DNA of 64,000 nt, from NCBI RefSeq assembly GCF_024521635.1, contig NW_026250404.1:1736001-1800000 (forward strand), given 5' to 3'. The notes below the pieces were generated by a model. It had not been told where the DNA came from, did not search any database, and saw only the letters and a program-made list of their open reading frames with translations. The position numbers and the translations under genes were made by a program. This stretch comes from Tricharina praecox (Eukaryota). Position 1 is the first letter of the stretch. Every line of letters starts with the position of its first letter. Shown here one piece after another: positions 39,780-53,719 of the stretch.

Positions 39780-42390
39780 TCGCCGTTAGCGTCGGAGGTC
39801 GAAACGAAGGAGCTGGACAAGCCGTTTTCCGTAGTGTATCTATCTTAATCGTCTTTTTTCTTCTTTTTTTTCTTCTAGGTCTTCTCCTTCTTGGTCTTTG
39901 TCTTTGTCTTCTTTCGATTTCCTTCCTTTTTTCCCCCTGTTTGCTGCTCTCGGCTGGCACGAAGCGCACGAAGAAGTCGGCCAGATCGCAGCCCGGAAGA
40001 TCTAGACCGAACGGCCATCTCGGTGGAGCGGGCTGGCTATCCCCTCTGTCTCTGCACGCGGTTGGGAGCTGCCTTACGAGTTCCATTACTCTCTATTGCT
40101 ATTTACATGTACTTGTGGAATGGTGTTTCTTGGTTGCGATCAATGATAGGTCTCCAGTAGCGGTATGTATCTTATGTTATGGCTGGATAATTGAAGCGTG
40201 TTTAGTATTAGGAAGACTATGCTCGGTGATGACTTTGTCCATGGCAAAGGCCTAGAGTTCTAAACGGTTTCAAAGACCGTCTGGCTAGCTATCACCGGTT
40301 GGCTTTGTTTTGGGAGGCGTCCGGAATCACTCGGTCGCCAGCAGTCGATGTTTCGCATGGACTTACCCGTACAGGACCGCCTATGAGTACTTCTCCAGAG
40401 TCTATATACAAAGGCGAGGTACCGTCAAGTTTCAACCTAGACTCCAGAGCTGTCGATATTCTAGAATTACTCCATATACACAACCTTACGGTAATTCTGT
40501 TCCTGGATTATTCTCGAAACAATTTCCGCGCACGCCCGCCTCTGCCGCATCGCATCCGATAGCCGCATTGTTTTTTTTTGCGGGGGGCATGACACGGCAT
40601 ATGCAACTTCCATCACAGTCAGAGTCCTGACTGTGCAGTAACAGCTCCACTCTATCTCCATGTCTCTGCGTTCGTTCTTCGCGGAATCGAAGCACCTACC
40701 AGGTAGGTATAAGAGACATACCGTACCTCCCGAAGTACGAGTGCTTACTGCTCCGTCGGCACATGTTCATAACGAAAGTCGAACCTTCTGCTGAGGGATT
40801 TCCGGCGGGCACTGGGCAGAGTGGAGATGACGCCCTAGGTAATAATCGCGGCCTTGCGCCCAAGAACGAGCTTTATCTGCAACGGAGACGGCAGCTGGAC
40901 TCACATACAAACATACTTCATACATACGAAATGAGTCTCCTTCTCGCCAGCATCATGTAACGGTCTTTGAATCTTCGTTGCCTGCCTATTGTCGACTCTT
41001 GAGTCGGAGATGGTTGCATTCAGAAAGTGCTCGGTATCTATCTGAGTGCTGTAGGTACTCAGGACTACCTAGAGTCTGCTAGTAGTACCCAAGTACTCTC
41101 CACCAAGCGCTAGCTGGAGAGCCCCAACCAGCCAGCAGCCAGCAGCCAGCAGCCAGCCAGCAGCAGCAGCAGCTTCTCGAGTTCTGTGAATCTCACACAC
41201 GCCTGACGATAAACCCCGTCTGGCATATAGTGGGCACTGGGCTGGAGTAATAGAGCATCATTTATTTTAACTACTCCACATGTATAGTATTGGTATCTAG
41301 ACGAAGTCCCCGTCCACCCCCTCCCCTCCTCTGTCCCCCGTCCTCCAAAAGAACACCTTGGACCTTGCCGATCGCCCACGACCGCGAAGATCCCCCGATA
41401 TTACATACGATACGATACGATACCCAAGCACTTCTTACCTACTCAACTCACTAGATACTCAACTTGCCGACTACTACTAGTCAGTAGACTCCAGACCCCT
41501 TCCGACTTCCGTCCGGAGTCAGTCCCGACCGATCGTGCGCCCCAAACGCAACTGCAACTGGCACCGTGAAGCGGAAAAAAGGAAGGGATCCAGAAGCCAC
41601 ACTTGCAGCGGTGCAGCGGTCCACTTCGATTCTCTTCACCCCTCCTCCTCCTTCTCCCCCCGTCGTCGTATCGGTCCCCCGTCCCATACATCCATACATC
41701 CAATCCATCCATCGCGGCCTCAAGCCCCGAAAGGCGCCAGCAAGAAGTCGGTCGATACCAACCACATGCAAGGAAGAACACCACAATCGAAGACACCGGC
41801 GAGTTCTTTTCTGCCGTGGATGGAGAAGTGAGATAGTGCACAAGTGAGAGAGGAAAGTGAGAAGAGAAGAGAAGACAGAGAAGAGCAGAGAAGAGAAGAC
41901 GAGACCAGACCAGACCAGAGACGAGTCGGGACGGACGAGAGAAAGCGAGCCCAGTGCAACCCACATCAACTACCGAACATTACATAAGATAGGCCCCATA
42001 CACCAGTATAACAAACCCACGATACCCATTACATACAAATCGCTTGCTGAGGCGCCGCGCTCGCCCATCGCCGACGCCGACGTCCCCTCCCGCTCCTGTT
42101 CCACCTTCTTTGTGCCATTGTCGGGGCGCAGGTACGTGACCCCATTCAAAACACAACCACTACAATCACTGCCACTGCAGCCTCCATCTCCGCCGCCAAC
42201 GACGACGACCGACCACGACGACCACGCTGGGACCAGGCTCCAGCCGGTTCCCCGAACACAAAGGATTGCCACTCTCTGGCTCGCTCGTTCTGTCCATTCC
42301 CATTCTCGCTCTTTTGCCTTTCTACCAATACTTGCGCCTCACCCTATTGTCCCGTACGCCCGGGTAGTCTCGAGCCTGTAAACATCTTAT

Positions 42391-45300
42391 ATGGCTGGAC
42401 ACACAAATGCAGACGATTACCCTCGATCGGCAGGGGCAGTTCTGAATCCCCACAGCTTCGCCGCCCGTGCCGCCGTCGTCGGTTCGCATCCCACGTTCTC
42501 GCGAAGCAACACGGACCCGTCCGAGTCGCTCTCTCCACGCGACCGATATCGGGATGGAGGCATGACCATTCGCGCCGTTACGCCGGAGCCAGAAGCCGAA
42601 TTCGAGCCGGATCTGGACGACCCTACAGCGCTCGCCGCGCACACTACCACTCCTCCCAGGACTCCGTCGCGCTCTACTATCCGTTCGTCGTCGAGATGGG
42701 ACTTGCTGGGCCGTTCGTCGCCAGAACCAACCGCCGCGCCCGCGCCGGCCTCCCCAGAAAAATCAAGGAGCATAATGAATAGGGCGTCGATGACCGCGGC
42801 TGCGCAACTGGCGGATCTCAACATCAGCAGGGCAAAGAGCAGATCACCTACGGAAAGGATGTGGTATAGTCGGGCGGGCGCATCATCGCCGGAGGATACA
42901 AGATTCGATGTGGGTTCACCGAGCTATGTAGCACGACATCGATACGGTCCATCCCAGGGCGTACTGGAAACCGGAACACTACCGACTTCAGTAGGATACC
43001 CGTCCACGCAGGCTGTGCAATTACAGAATTCGACGACGACGAGGCCCTCGACCGGAAAGAGTGGTCGCCATCGATTGCTAAGGCCGTCGGCGTCCATAAC
43101 CACGCTGCAGCAGCAAAATGCATATCGCGGCAGCGTTTTCGGTGACCAACCACTCCCAACCTCCCCTGTCAATGCCGACTTCGACACCCTCGTAAAATTA
43201 ATGAAGAGAGTGCGCGGAAGAATGGATGGCTACGTGGAATTCCGTCTGGGTGAGCATAGGGTCTGGACCAAAGGATACTGTCAGATCGACATTGACACTG
43301 GCGCTCTGCTGTACCAGCAGGATGAGAATAATACTACTTCACCGCCACACGTAATCGTGCCGGATCTCAGGAGCTGCCATGTAAAATCCTCGGCGGAGGA
43401 CGAGGGCATGATCGACCTCAGCACGCATTCGTTGAAGATTGAAATGAAGCTCCGTCCGTTGAGCGTCCAGCAGTACGATCAGTGGCTGGCAGCGCTCCTC
43501 TGTTGGTCGCCAATACGTCCGGCCGGAGCACAGAACAAGCGGGTAAAGTCGCAGATGCCCGTGTTGACCAAGGAGAAACGCCGGAGAAATTCCGATGCCA
43601 CCGTTCAGAACAGAGGGGATGCAACCATCATTAAGGTGGGAAAGATGCTCCTATGGAGGCCGGTAGTAGGACCTACCGCGCCGCCAACAGGAAGCCACAA
43701 GTCGTCAAGCAAGATCAAGCCGCCGCATGGCGTAGCATGGCAGAGCATCTCGTGCACGCTCCAGGAAAATGGCGAATTCCGGCTGCATAGAGATCTGGAT
43801 TCTCAGATCCTGGCCGTCGTCCAGCTGAGCCAATTGAGCCGGTGTGCCGTCCAACAGCTCGATCCTAGCATCTTGGATCAGGACTTCTGCATTGCCATCT
43901 ACCCCCAGTACACTCCCAACGCTAGCAATCCGACGCAATTGCGCCCCGTCTATCTCGGTATTGACACGCGGATACTCTTCGAAGTGTGGTTCGTGCTCCT
44001 GCGAGCGTTCACCATGCCCGAGCTGTACGGCCCACCGGCTCCATCTGCGGGCTTGGGAACGATCACGGCGGGGGCAGCGTCCGAATCGAGGAGCGCGGGT
44101 GCCCTGGCCGATTCTTATCGAATACAGCGCGGCCTCTATCTGCGCATCGTCGAGGCGAAGATCAATATGAACCCGCATAACGAACGGGAATCGGGCGTGG
44201 ATTGCTACGCCGAGGTGGTGCTGGACGGAGAGGCCAGGGCCAAGACCATGGTTCGCACAAAGACGCATAATCCCTTCTGGCGCGAGGACTACGAGTTCCC
44301 CGACCTGCCCACCGTGTTGACGGATGTTGCTGTCGTGCTCAAGCAACGAGACCCGCGGTGGAGGACCAAAGCGAATGGCAGCACGGTGGCTGGCTCGGGT
44401 GGGTTCGGAGGTGGGCTCGGCGGGGTTAGTTTACCGGGAAGTAACGACACCATCATAGGACGGGTGGATGTTAGACTCGATAGGCTCACTAAGAATGAGT
44501 TTGAGCGGTGGCTTCCGCTGGTGAATGCTAGGAGGGATGGGACCGATGAACACATTGGAGAGATGTATCTGCGCGCCGAGACGGAGGAGCTGATCGTGTT
44601 AATGGGCTCGGAGTATAAAGTGCTCTCAGATGTATGTCCCCCACCCGGTCGTTTTGGCGTCGTCCAAAACAGTGTCTGATAACTTCCGTTTTGCAGTTAC
44701 TCCACCAGTTCAGTTCCGGAATCACGTTACATATCGCACGAGTGATCACCGACTTGAGAAGATTGGCCGATACTCTCCTCCAGATCTTCCAGGTCAGCAG
44801 CAAAGCGAGCGAATGGCTGATGGCCCTTGCCGAGGGCGAGATCGACGGCCTTCACAAGGAGACACCCATAATAGAGGACAAGCCAACGTCGCAGCATGAA
44901 TCAGAACCACTCGCGCGGCACAAGAGCGGTCTCGTGGATGCGAACATCTTGTTCCGCGGCAATTCGTTGCTTACCAGAGCGCTAGACACACACATGAAGC
45001 GGCTTGGGCGCGAGTATCTCGAGGAGACATTGGGAGATCATCTCCAGAAGATTGCGGCGGAAGATACCTACTGCGAGGTGGACCCGATGCGGATCGATAG
45101 TCCAGAGCACATCCAGAGGAATTGGAAGCAGCTGCTCTCAATCACTCGTACTATCTGGCAGGCTATCTTCACGAGCGCGTCACGGTGTCCCCTCGAACTT
45201 AGAAAGATCCTGCGCCATATTCGGCTCTGCGTCGAAGACCGCTATGGAGATCTGTTAAGGACAGTCAGCTACAGCAGCGTTTGCGGGTTCTTGTTCCTGC

Positions 45301-46192
45301 GGTTTTTCGTGCCGGCTATCTTGAACCCGAAGCTCTTTGGCCTCCTCAAAGGTAGATGATCCCCCTTCCCGAAAGAAAAAGAAATAATGAACAAAAATCT
45401 TTACGAATTACTAACGGTTGAGGCGTCACAGACCACCCCGGAGTCCGAGCTCAGCGTACCTTAACATTAATTGCGAAGGCCCTCCAAGGCCTTGCGAACA
45501 TGACCACCTTCGGTATCAAAGAGCCATGGATGTCGCCGATGAACGAGTTCCTTGCCGAGCACAAAGACGAGCTGAAAGACTTCGTCGACTCCGTAACGAC
45601 GATCTCACCAGCGCTCGACCGCGCCGTCAAGACCGTGCCCCCATCCTACGTCACTCCCATCACGATCCTCAACCGGCTCTCCGGCGCCTCAAAAGAAGGC
45701 TTCCCCAGCCTGCCGTACCTAATCGACCAGCCACGGGCCTTCGCCGCGCTCGTCGCGATGTGGCTGAAGCACTGCACACCCTCATCCGCACTCGACAAGA
45801 ACACGCGGGAATTCGACTCAGTATGCCGCAGCATCCAGCACCGCATCCACGAATGCATTGCGGGGGCGGAGGACGCCGAGCGCCCCGGCAGCTCCGCCAG
45901 CGCCGAGGCACACTGGGAGGAGGTCGCGGAAAAGGCCACTGGCGTCCCCGCCCGCGACGGCGTCTACACGCGTGGCGGCCGCGGCGGAGGCCTCCAGCGC
46001 GTTGCACCCTGCACCGTTGACGACGCTGTCGTCGGCTCCCTCGGATACAGCGTCAATGTCAGCGCGGGATCGCCCGCCGCCTCCGCCTCCTCCGGCAGCG
46101 TGGGTAGGAGCTCGAGGAGTCTCGGCGGCATACTAGGGTTTGGCGGGAGCAGGAGGAAGGAAAGAGGGAAGGTCGAGGTAGGCGAGGGGTAA
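42391..46192 (+). CDS. BUD2: Ras GTPase-activating protein, Bud2/Cla2 type (PH-like, C2 and RasGAP domains); exons 42391-44631, 44697-45351, 45432-46192
   Basis: C2 region YAEVVLDGEARAKT...NPFWREDYEF; arginine finger LFRGNSLLTRALD; signature GFLFLRFFVPAILNPKLFGL; RTLTLIAKALQGLANMTTFGIKEPWM. Confidence 0.92.
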
Positions 46193-47370
46193 TACTTCTT
46201 CTTTACTTGCCGGCCGGAAGGGCGGGGGCGTTAACGTTTTGGGTTGTTTGTTGCTTGTTTGTTGCTTGTATCTATCTATCTACAGTAGGCGTTCGTTTGC
46301 TATTGCTATTGCTATTTGCTATTGCTATTGCTATCGCGTTTGCTTTGTGTTTGTTTTGCTATGTTCGTTGGCTCGTGAATTGAACATGCATAGCCTAGTT
46401 ACTGGCTCCCTTTTGGTTTTTTTTTATGTACCTTACCTTCTTTGTGGTTGTTTTTTCCTTTTTTTCTTCTTCTTTCTTTGCTTTTGCTTGCTTTTGTTTT
46501 GGCTATGGCTATGTATCTTTTTTTTCGATGCGCAGCGAGTTGACGATGTGATGAATGGGCGGTGTCTAGGACGAGGAGGGGTGGGTGCGGTGGGGTGGGG
46601 TGGGTGGGTGCGGGGAATGGATGGGATGGGGATGGGAGGGGTACATACATAACTTGAATGCCCATATCGAATCTCGATGGAGATGGAGATGGAGGTGGGG
46701 GACCTTCGACCTTCCACAAACATTTGATTTGATCTCGATATTTGATCCCGATATGCACACATATTATTCCTCCGTTTATCTCCGAGCTGACCGAAGCAAA
46801 AGCAACTGGGAGATGGTATAGCTATCACGCGACCATCCATCACCACCATTCCCATCGTCCCGCACCAGGCATCCTGAGCCCAACAAAAAACCCGGCCCCC
46901 ATCTCCCGACACTGACATATCACCTCTCACCACCTACTCACAGACAGTCATACACACCCCAAACCACAGCACACCCCACAGTACACCAATGTAGGTATGT
47001 AGTTCAATTCCATTCCATTCGAGTTATCCCGTCCGTATTGTTGAAAAGAGGACTCCGACTCCCCCAAGCGCCAGAAAAGTAGAGTAAAGTAAAGTGCAGT
47101 ATAAAAAAAGACGCACCCAGCAGAAGCAGAAAACAGAAATTACGGCGAAAAGAAAAAAATCCCATCATCAAATCAACCAATCGTCATCTAAACCAAACCA
47201 AATCAAGGGCGGGGGGGTATGTGTATGTGTGTGTGTCAGTAGTAAGGAAAGCGAAAACAGAACAGAAAGCTCGTGCAAAGATTTAGTTGTTGAAATGCCT
47301 CATCTGAGTCTAAGTCTAAGTCTGAGCCAAGGGAAGGGGAGGGAAGGGAAGAGAAGGAGGAGGACGACGA

Positions 47371-48718
47371 CTAGGTGGAGGCCCACCGCTCCTCGCGGAA
47401 CGTAGGGGTGCTGTTTTTCCAGGCGTGGTATTCGCCCAATCGTACCAGTGCATACTGCGCGTAGTCGAAGTCGATCTGTGAGATCTGTGCTTGGATGAGC
47501 GCCCAGATTCCCCTGTAGATGCCCGCCAGGTTAGCAAACTCGATCATCATCCGGAAGAGAAAAGGAAGGGAAGCCAACCAGTAGAACCCGGGAATTCCCC
47601 GGAAGAAATCAACCTCCTCCATCAGCTTCTGCACATCGTCATCGCCCACCTCCTCCACACCGTCCTTCCTGTGCTGGTGGAAACTCTGCAAGTAGACGCG
47701 GATGAATTCACGCCTGGTACTCTTCGTCGGGAGCTTCTCGTATTCGCACGCGAATCCACCCCACTCGGCAAAGTGATTCGCAATGTCGAATGCGCGCTCA
47801 CACGGAGTAGCGTACTCATAATCGATGAGGTGAACCTTCCGTGGCCCATCACCAGGCAGGATAATGACATTCCCGTTCAACAAATCGCAGTGTCCCGTGA
47901 CCAGTCCAACACCCCCATCATGACCCTTAAATCCGTATCCGCCCGCCGCACGTGGCTTCTCCATAGCGGCCAACTCCCGCCGCAGCTCCTCCTTCTGCGT
48001 CTTCTGTGCATCGGTCGCCGACGGCAGCGCCGAAATCCACTTGTGTAGCACGCCCCAGAGATTGTTGGCTTCCGGGTCGTCGGGGGTGGAAGCGTCAGTG
48101 GTCGTGGAGGTGGTGGGCAGGACGCCGTGCCATTCTCCCAGACGCTCGGCGACTGCCTTCCAGGTTTCGGGAACGGCGAGATCGTCGACGGAGCATACAC
48201 GCCCGGCCACGAATCGGTAGAGAAGGCCGTTGGCGAACCGCGCGAGGAGGGGGGGCGCGAGGCCGTAGTTAGAGAGGAGGAGGTGGGAACTGCATTCGCC
48301 TGTGGAGACTGTCAGCACGGAATCGCGCAGTGAGGACGGGGGCACAAACGCTCGCGGTCAATCAGGATGCTGGTGTCATTCCCGTAGGCGCGCAGGAGCA
48401 CGGAGTTTTCGTCCTCGTAGTCGCGAGCTTGCTTTGCGGAGAGCTCTGGCGGCGGGTTGTGGACACATTTCAGCAGCTGTTGTTTGTTAGCCAGTTGTCC
48501 TCGACCATTCGTCCGACCACTCCGAAGGGCGCACATACAGTGTTCGTAATGCCGTCGGTGAACCGAATGAACTTTACCCCACGTCCACCCTTAGCAGGAG
48601 TCCATTCGGGAAAGAGCGAGTAGACGAGATGCGAGGCCGAGGTTTGCGAGTTGGCCGGATTGTAGTACAGGGGGATCGTTAGGAGCTCTGCCGAGGTGGC
48701 GGCGGCCGCAGACATCAT
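47371..48718 (-). CDS. EKI1: Ethanolamine/choline kinase; exons 48718-48539, 48476-48350, 48299-47579, 47512-47371
   Basis: FTDGITNT-LLK, VLLRAYGNDTSILIDRE-RE, LLARFANGLLYRF, Brenner motif HCDLLNGNVI, IDYEYA, AFDIANHFAEWGG, FYW-GIWALIQ. Confidence 0.93.
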
Positions 48719-49651
48719 GGACGAAGAAGAGAGTGAGAATGCGAAACTACTGATTGCAGGTGGGCTCTGTGATGTTTACGAGGTTAGGTATTCTGGATTG
48801 GATTTCGTAGTCCGGTATTGGGGGGTGTTGGGGAAGAAATAAGCTTGTAGAAAAGGAGGAACGAGGCACGGGCAGAGGAGGAGGGGGAGGCAGGAGTGAA
48901 TTGGGGAATAAATTCTTGGACCAGTCTCTCGGTCTGTCTGTCTGTCTGTCTGCAGCAGGACAGGACAAGAACAAGAAGAAGAAGAGGGCAGGCGCATGCA
49001 CATGCACGCAGGGGGGGCGTCTACCTTCCAGTGTTCCTGTGTTCTCATGGGCCGGGTTTTCGCAGTCTTCGCTCCCTCGCTCCCTCGCATCCCTCTCTCT
49101 CTCTCTCGTGTGCGCTCCTACCTCCGCGAGCTACTGCTCGCTAGCCTGGTCGTGTGCACCTTGCCTTTCGCTCGATGTACCGGGCTTGGCGCGCCTCAAC
49201 AAATGCGATGATGTGTGGGTGGCTCTTTGGCATGTGATCGATCAATCCTGTGGGGGAGGGAGCCAGAATTGATTGCGTGCGATCGATTGATTACGAGTGT
49301 GTTCTGCCGCTTTGCCACGGTTTAGAGTACAGAGTACATACGGCAAATCAGCCTGCCATCTCATAACGCGCGTCATCGAGCTGAGCAGAGGTCTTGTGCA
49401 TGGAAGGAGTTGGAGAAACGTTGCGATTGGGCAGCGCACAGATGGGTGTGTCTATCCGAGCCTCACGATCAGCGATTCGAGTGAGCTCCAATGATTCGCG
49501 TGTGATCATTCGTGATGCGGATGTTGATCCACAGATCCGATGCACGCGGCCGGACATGATCATGGCGCACAGAGTAAACACGTTGCTTTGTCTATTTTAC
49601 TCCGATACACAGTGACTGCATGAGTGTAGGTACTCGTACACATCCGCTCCC

Positions 49652-50528
49652 TTACAACTTCGCGAGCACCGCCTCAGCCGACGAAACCTGCGAGCACCCG
49701 GATTAGCCATCTGTCGCACGCAGTGCCCACCCGGTAGGCCGGTAGGCCGGTCCCCGTTGAAACGTCGGTCACTTACATCCAGCTGTCCCGGCTGCTCCTT
49801 CGCGGCATACGTGACCTTCCCATGGTCGACCACGATGGCGTACCTAGCGGTGCGGGCTCCCTGGTTCCAGCCGATGCTCTTCGAGAACGCCGCGTCCTCG
49901 TCGGAAATGAACAGGATCTCGTCGTTCTTGACGCCTTGCGCCTTGCTCCATGCGTTCATCACGAAGGCGTCGTTGTAGCCCGCGACCGCTGCGTCTATTA
50001 GCAGGAGCGGGGGATGCGGGGATGCGGGGATGCGGGGATGCGGGGATGCGGGGATGCGGGGATGCACAACGAACCGATCAAATCCACGCCCTTCGCCTTC
50101 AGGTCCTTCGCATGCTTGATGTACCCGGGCAGATGCGACTCGGAGCAGGTGGGTGTGAAGGCGCCTATTCTTTCGTATCAGCCAGATCCACCTCCCATCA
50201 TGTACCACTTCGGGCGGGGAAGGGGGAGGTGATATGATAGTTACCGGGAACGGCAAACAGCACGACTTTCTTGTCGGCCCACTCCTTCGAGGCGTTGATT
50301 GGCTTCGGACGCCCGACACACGCATTGATGTCCGCCCCGCTGTAGGGAATGTACCTGACGATGGGAAGGCGACATTAGCGCCATGCACCCTTCCATCAAT
50401 CAATCCCTCAATCCATCCACCCGTCTTCCCCGCCCTCCCCGCCCACCATCCCTCCATCCAACCGTCACGAGGACTCACTGGAAGGTAACATTATCGGGGA
50501 ACTTGTCGCCAGCCTTGAGTCCGCTCAT
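49652..50528 (-). CDS. PMP20: Type-II peroxiredoxin (Ahp1/Pmp20/Asp f3 family) with PTS1 AKL; exons 50528-50479, 50354-50245, 50164-50075, 49988-49777, 49687-49652
   Basis: [21 protein letters not shown]...[25 protein letters not shown]...NDAFVMNAW...[16 protein letters not shown]...[11 protein letters not shown]; four GT-AG introns. Confidence 0.95.
50010..50065. repeat. (GGGGATGC) x7 inside peroxiredoxin intron 3
   Basis: Directly visible. Confidence 0.95.
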
Positions 50529-51963
50529 GATTGCTATCGTTGCTATCTTCCCGTTATATCTTTCCTTTATATCTTTCCGTTATTTCCTGCCTTAGTTACC
50601 TGGTAAGTCCGTAGGATGTCGAGATTCGAGTTAGTTAAGTTGGTGTTGCGTATGTAGAGTATTATGGCTGTATGTATGTAGATACGATGAGAGGCAGATG
50701 CGGATGCGGGGTTCCCGAGGTTTTATATGTGCAGCAATCCACCACTGCACGTGTAGATACCTACGTAGCTTGCTCGGTTCTACATACTCGCAATCGCAAT
50801 TGTAATTGTAATTCAAAAGCGGCGGCGGGTATGTAACAATACATAGCACTGGCGTCACCGACAGTAGGTAGAGTACATAAGGCATGTAAGGCGGGATCAG
50901 GGCGGGATCAGGGCGGTACCGAGCGGAAGTGGGAACGGAGCACCAGAGCCGGCGGGGTACTGGTGGAGTCGACAGGCGAGGCGAGGAGCCTAGAACGCCA
51001 TGTAACTACGCTTCGCCTCGCCTTGCAGAACCAACCAGAAATCGTTTGGTAAGTCGTTTTGCGTTATCGATATCGATATCGATTCCACAAGGACTGGCTA
51101 GGAACGATGACAAAAACACCCGTCTCTCTTCTCGTGTAAGTACCAGAGGTGGTCGCCTGCAGTGCCCAATTAATACCATTTGGAATCGAAGCATTTTCGT
51201 GCACGTGCTCAATCTCCACCCGAAGAGACGGGGTTTTTGGCACTACACAAAAATGAATCGGCAAGACGACGACAATGGCTGAGTGTGAATGGATGATTCC
51301 TTGAGTCTTCATTACCCAGCACTCGCTTCACCCGCCCTCTTCCACATATCACATTCATCACCTCTCCACCTCCGCCTTCTCCCTCTCCATCCCATCAGTC
51401 CCATTCATCTTCTCCCCCCTCCCACGCTCCTCCACCGCAGCCCCACAACTCCGACTTCCCAAGTCCAAGTCCAAGCCCAACCCAATTCCAAGCCCGAGCC
51501 AAAGTCCAAGCCCGCGCCCGAGCCCAAGTCCCCTCCCCCTCGCACCCATTAACAACCAGCGCAGTCCGGCACCGTTCTTCGCGGCGAAGCCTTCTCTGCT
51601 GCCGCGTACATTGCACGCTTCGTCATCAGCGGGATGGAGGATTCTCCCAAGGGCTGCGTATGCGATGGGCAGCACATTGTGATGTACCGTATGGGGCGAG
51701 TGTGGAGAGGGGGAAATGGGTGGAGGAAAATGGACTGTGGGAGGCTGGGTATAAGTATGATTTGGACGGGATGTGGTGGGGTTGGTGATGGTGATGGCCT
51801 TTGTTATGGCATTGTACGGGTGTGCAGTGTGAGCTTGAAGCTTGAAGCTTGGACTTGCGGTACCAAGTATTCATTGAGTCTCGCACTGTCTCAATGGGAC
51901 GAACAACATATCTTCAAGAAAGAAAGAAAGAAAGATCCATGCGCATTCCCCACCTTCACCGCT

Positions 51964-52993
51964 CTACTCCACATCATTCAGCCTCGAAAACCCCTCCGCA
52001 GTCGGCTGCAGCCAGTTCTTCTCGTCGTACTTGTTTTCTCCCTCGATGACCTGTGTCGGTCAGCTCTCTTCCAAGCAGCAGTGGTTTGTGGAGGGGAGGG
52101 GTGGGGGTACTCACGTGAAAAGTATAGATAAACCTACTCCCCATGCCCGTATTCCTCTCGCTCTTATGCAGAACATTCCCATGAATAAGCACGAGACTCC
52201 CCCTCTCCACCGGTCCGAGTACAAACGTCTCATCCTCCTCGCTCCACTCCCCCGCGCTCTGCACATCCTCAAACCCGGTCCCCCCGCCCTCCATCCTCAC
52301 AAACCTCTTCTTCACCTCACACCTCCTATGACTCCCCGGCGCAAAACTCAGACACCCATTGCTCTCCGTACAATCCTCGAGTGCATACCAAAACCCCACC
52401 GCACTCGGCGGGTTTGTGTATAGGAACGTGGAGTCCTGATGACTCGGCACGGCGCCGCCAATCTCTGGCTGTTTACAGATGACCATACTCTGCAGGACTC
52501 TCGGGTCGCTGAAGCCTAGGTCCCGCGCGATCGCAAGGTTGCCGCGCGTTAGTGTTGCAGACCGGAATGCGGGAGATAAGAGGTGCAGCCCGTGCCCGAT
52601 CTTGTTGATCGCCCGCGTCTTGGGCTTGAGGAGAACGCCTGAGGAGGAGAACGCGGCGGTCTCGAAGAAAAAACGGATCTGGTCGTGGGACGTGAGGAAG
52701 TAGTTGTCGCCGACGTGCGCGCTGGAGGAGGCGTCGTCGCCAGTGGTGAATTTGGTCATCGGGTGGCCGTCGAGCGAGAAGTCTAGGGGGTGTGGGTTTA
52801 GCTGCCGGTGCAGTCGGGGGAGGGGGGAGGGGGGAGGGAGGGGAGGGGGAGGGAAAGCACCTTCGAGCAGCTGGTGGGACTCGCGCAGCAGCTCGTCCAC
52901 CGTCTCTGGCGAGAGCGCATTGGGAATGATGAGGTATCCGTTCTCGGCCCAGAAGTCGCGTTGCTCGGTTGTGAGGCCTTCTGTTGATGCCAT
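51964..52993 (-). CDS. Phytanoyl-CoA dioxygenase family (PHYHD1-like Fe/2OG oxygenase); exons 52993-52861, 52782-52115, 52050-51964
   Basis: NGYLIIPNAL, AINKIGHGLH, LQSMVICKQPEIGGAVPSHQDSTFLYTNP (HxD), NGCLSFAPGSH, HGNVLHKSERN, R.IYTFH-VIEG...YDEKNWLQP. Confidence 0.93.
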
Positions 52994-53719
52994 GGTTGAG
53001 CGAGCTTGTTTGTTTGTGGAGGAGATGTGACGGAGGAGATGTGGCGGTGTGAAGCTTGTTGGCTTTGCGGAATGAGGTCTCGACGTAGATGTAGATATAG
53101 GTAGATCCGGACCCGCACCTGCGCGACGATAAGCGGCGGGGTACCTGGTAGGGAGCTGGGAGCTCGCTTATCGTGGTACAGACTAGGTACTCTACATACA
53201 TACGACGTGATGAACCGTGACGACGTGTTGCAGGGACGAAATGAGCAATATCAACATCATGTGTATCTCATCGGATGTCACTCAGGATAAGATTGACTTG
53301 CTCATGTACATTACACTCAAAAATCACTGCATCCATCCCACGTCAAGAAGTAGCGGCAATAGGAGTAATAGGTACTATTGGTAAAGGTACAATACAAACA
53401 TCAATTGCAAGTCAAGAGGTATCGTTCAATCTTCCGGACCTGACTCCAAAATGGAAGAAAGCCCGAAAAGTAGGTACATACGCCATTCCAACATCTCAGC
53501 CCTAAACGGGAAGTCCAAACAAAGGAAAAGGAAAAGCAAAACAAAAAACAACATCCAAACACCACCAATGGGAAAACAAGACGCGTATACAACGCGCCCG
53601 GAACGCCACCCAAACCAACCCGACAAAGGAAAATGAATCTGCAAGGTGTTCACGCGCGGGAACTGAAAAAATCGTGCCAACAAGCGGGGGTACTCGGCGT
53701 GTAACGAGTATTTGTGGGC

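Noticed and set aside
38249..39820. Long antisense ORFs over real genes (also at 53712-54365 and 61902-62744)
   Set aside because: Expected shadows of GC-rich coding sequence on the opposite strand.
51289..52131. Two same-frame plus-strand ORFs separated by one TAA as a second readthrough case
   Set aside because: Low-complexity sequence, TAA is the least leaky stop, and it overlaps the PhyH 3' end in antisense.
34081..52860. Apparent excess of stop-free 3n introns (NOT3 57 nt, EKI1 66 nt, PhyH 78 nt)
   Set aside because: About 5 of roughly 29 coding introns in the window, close to chance for short introns.
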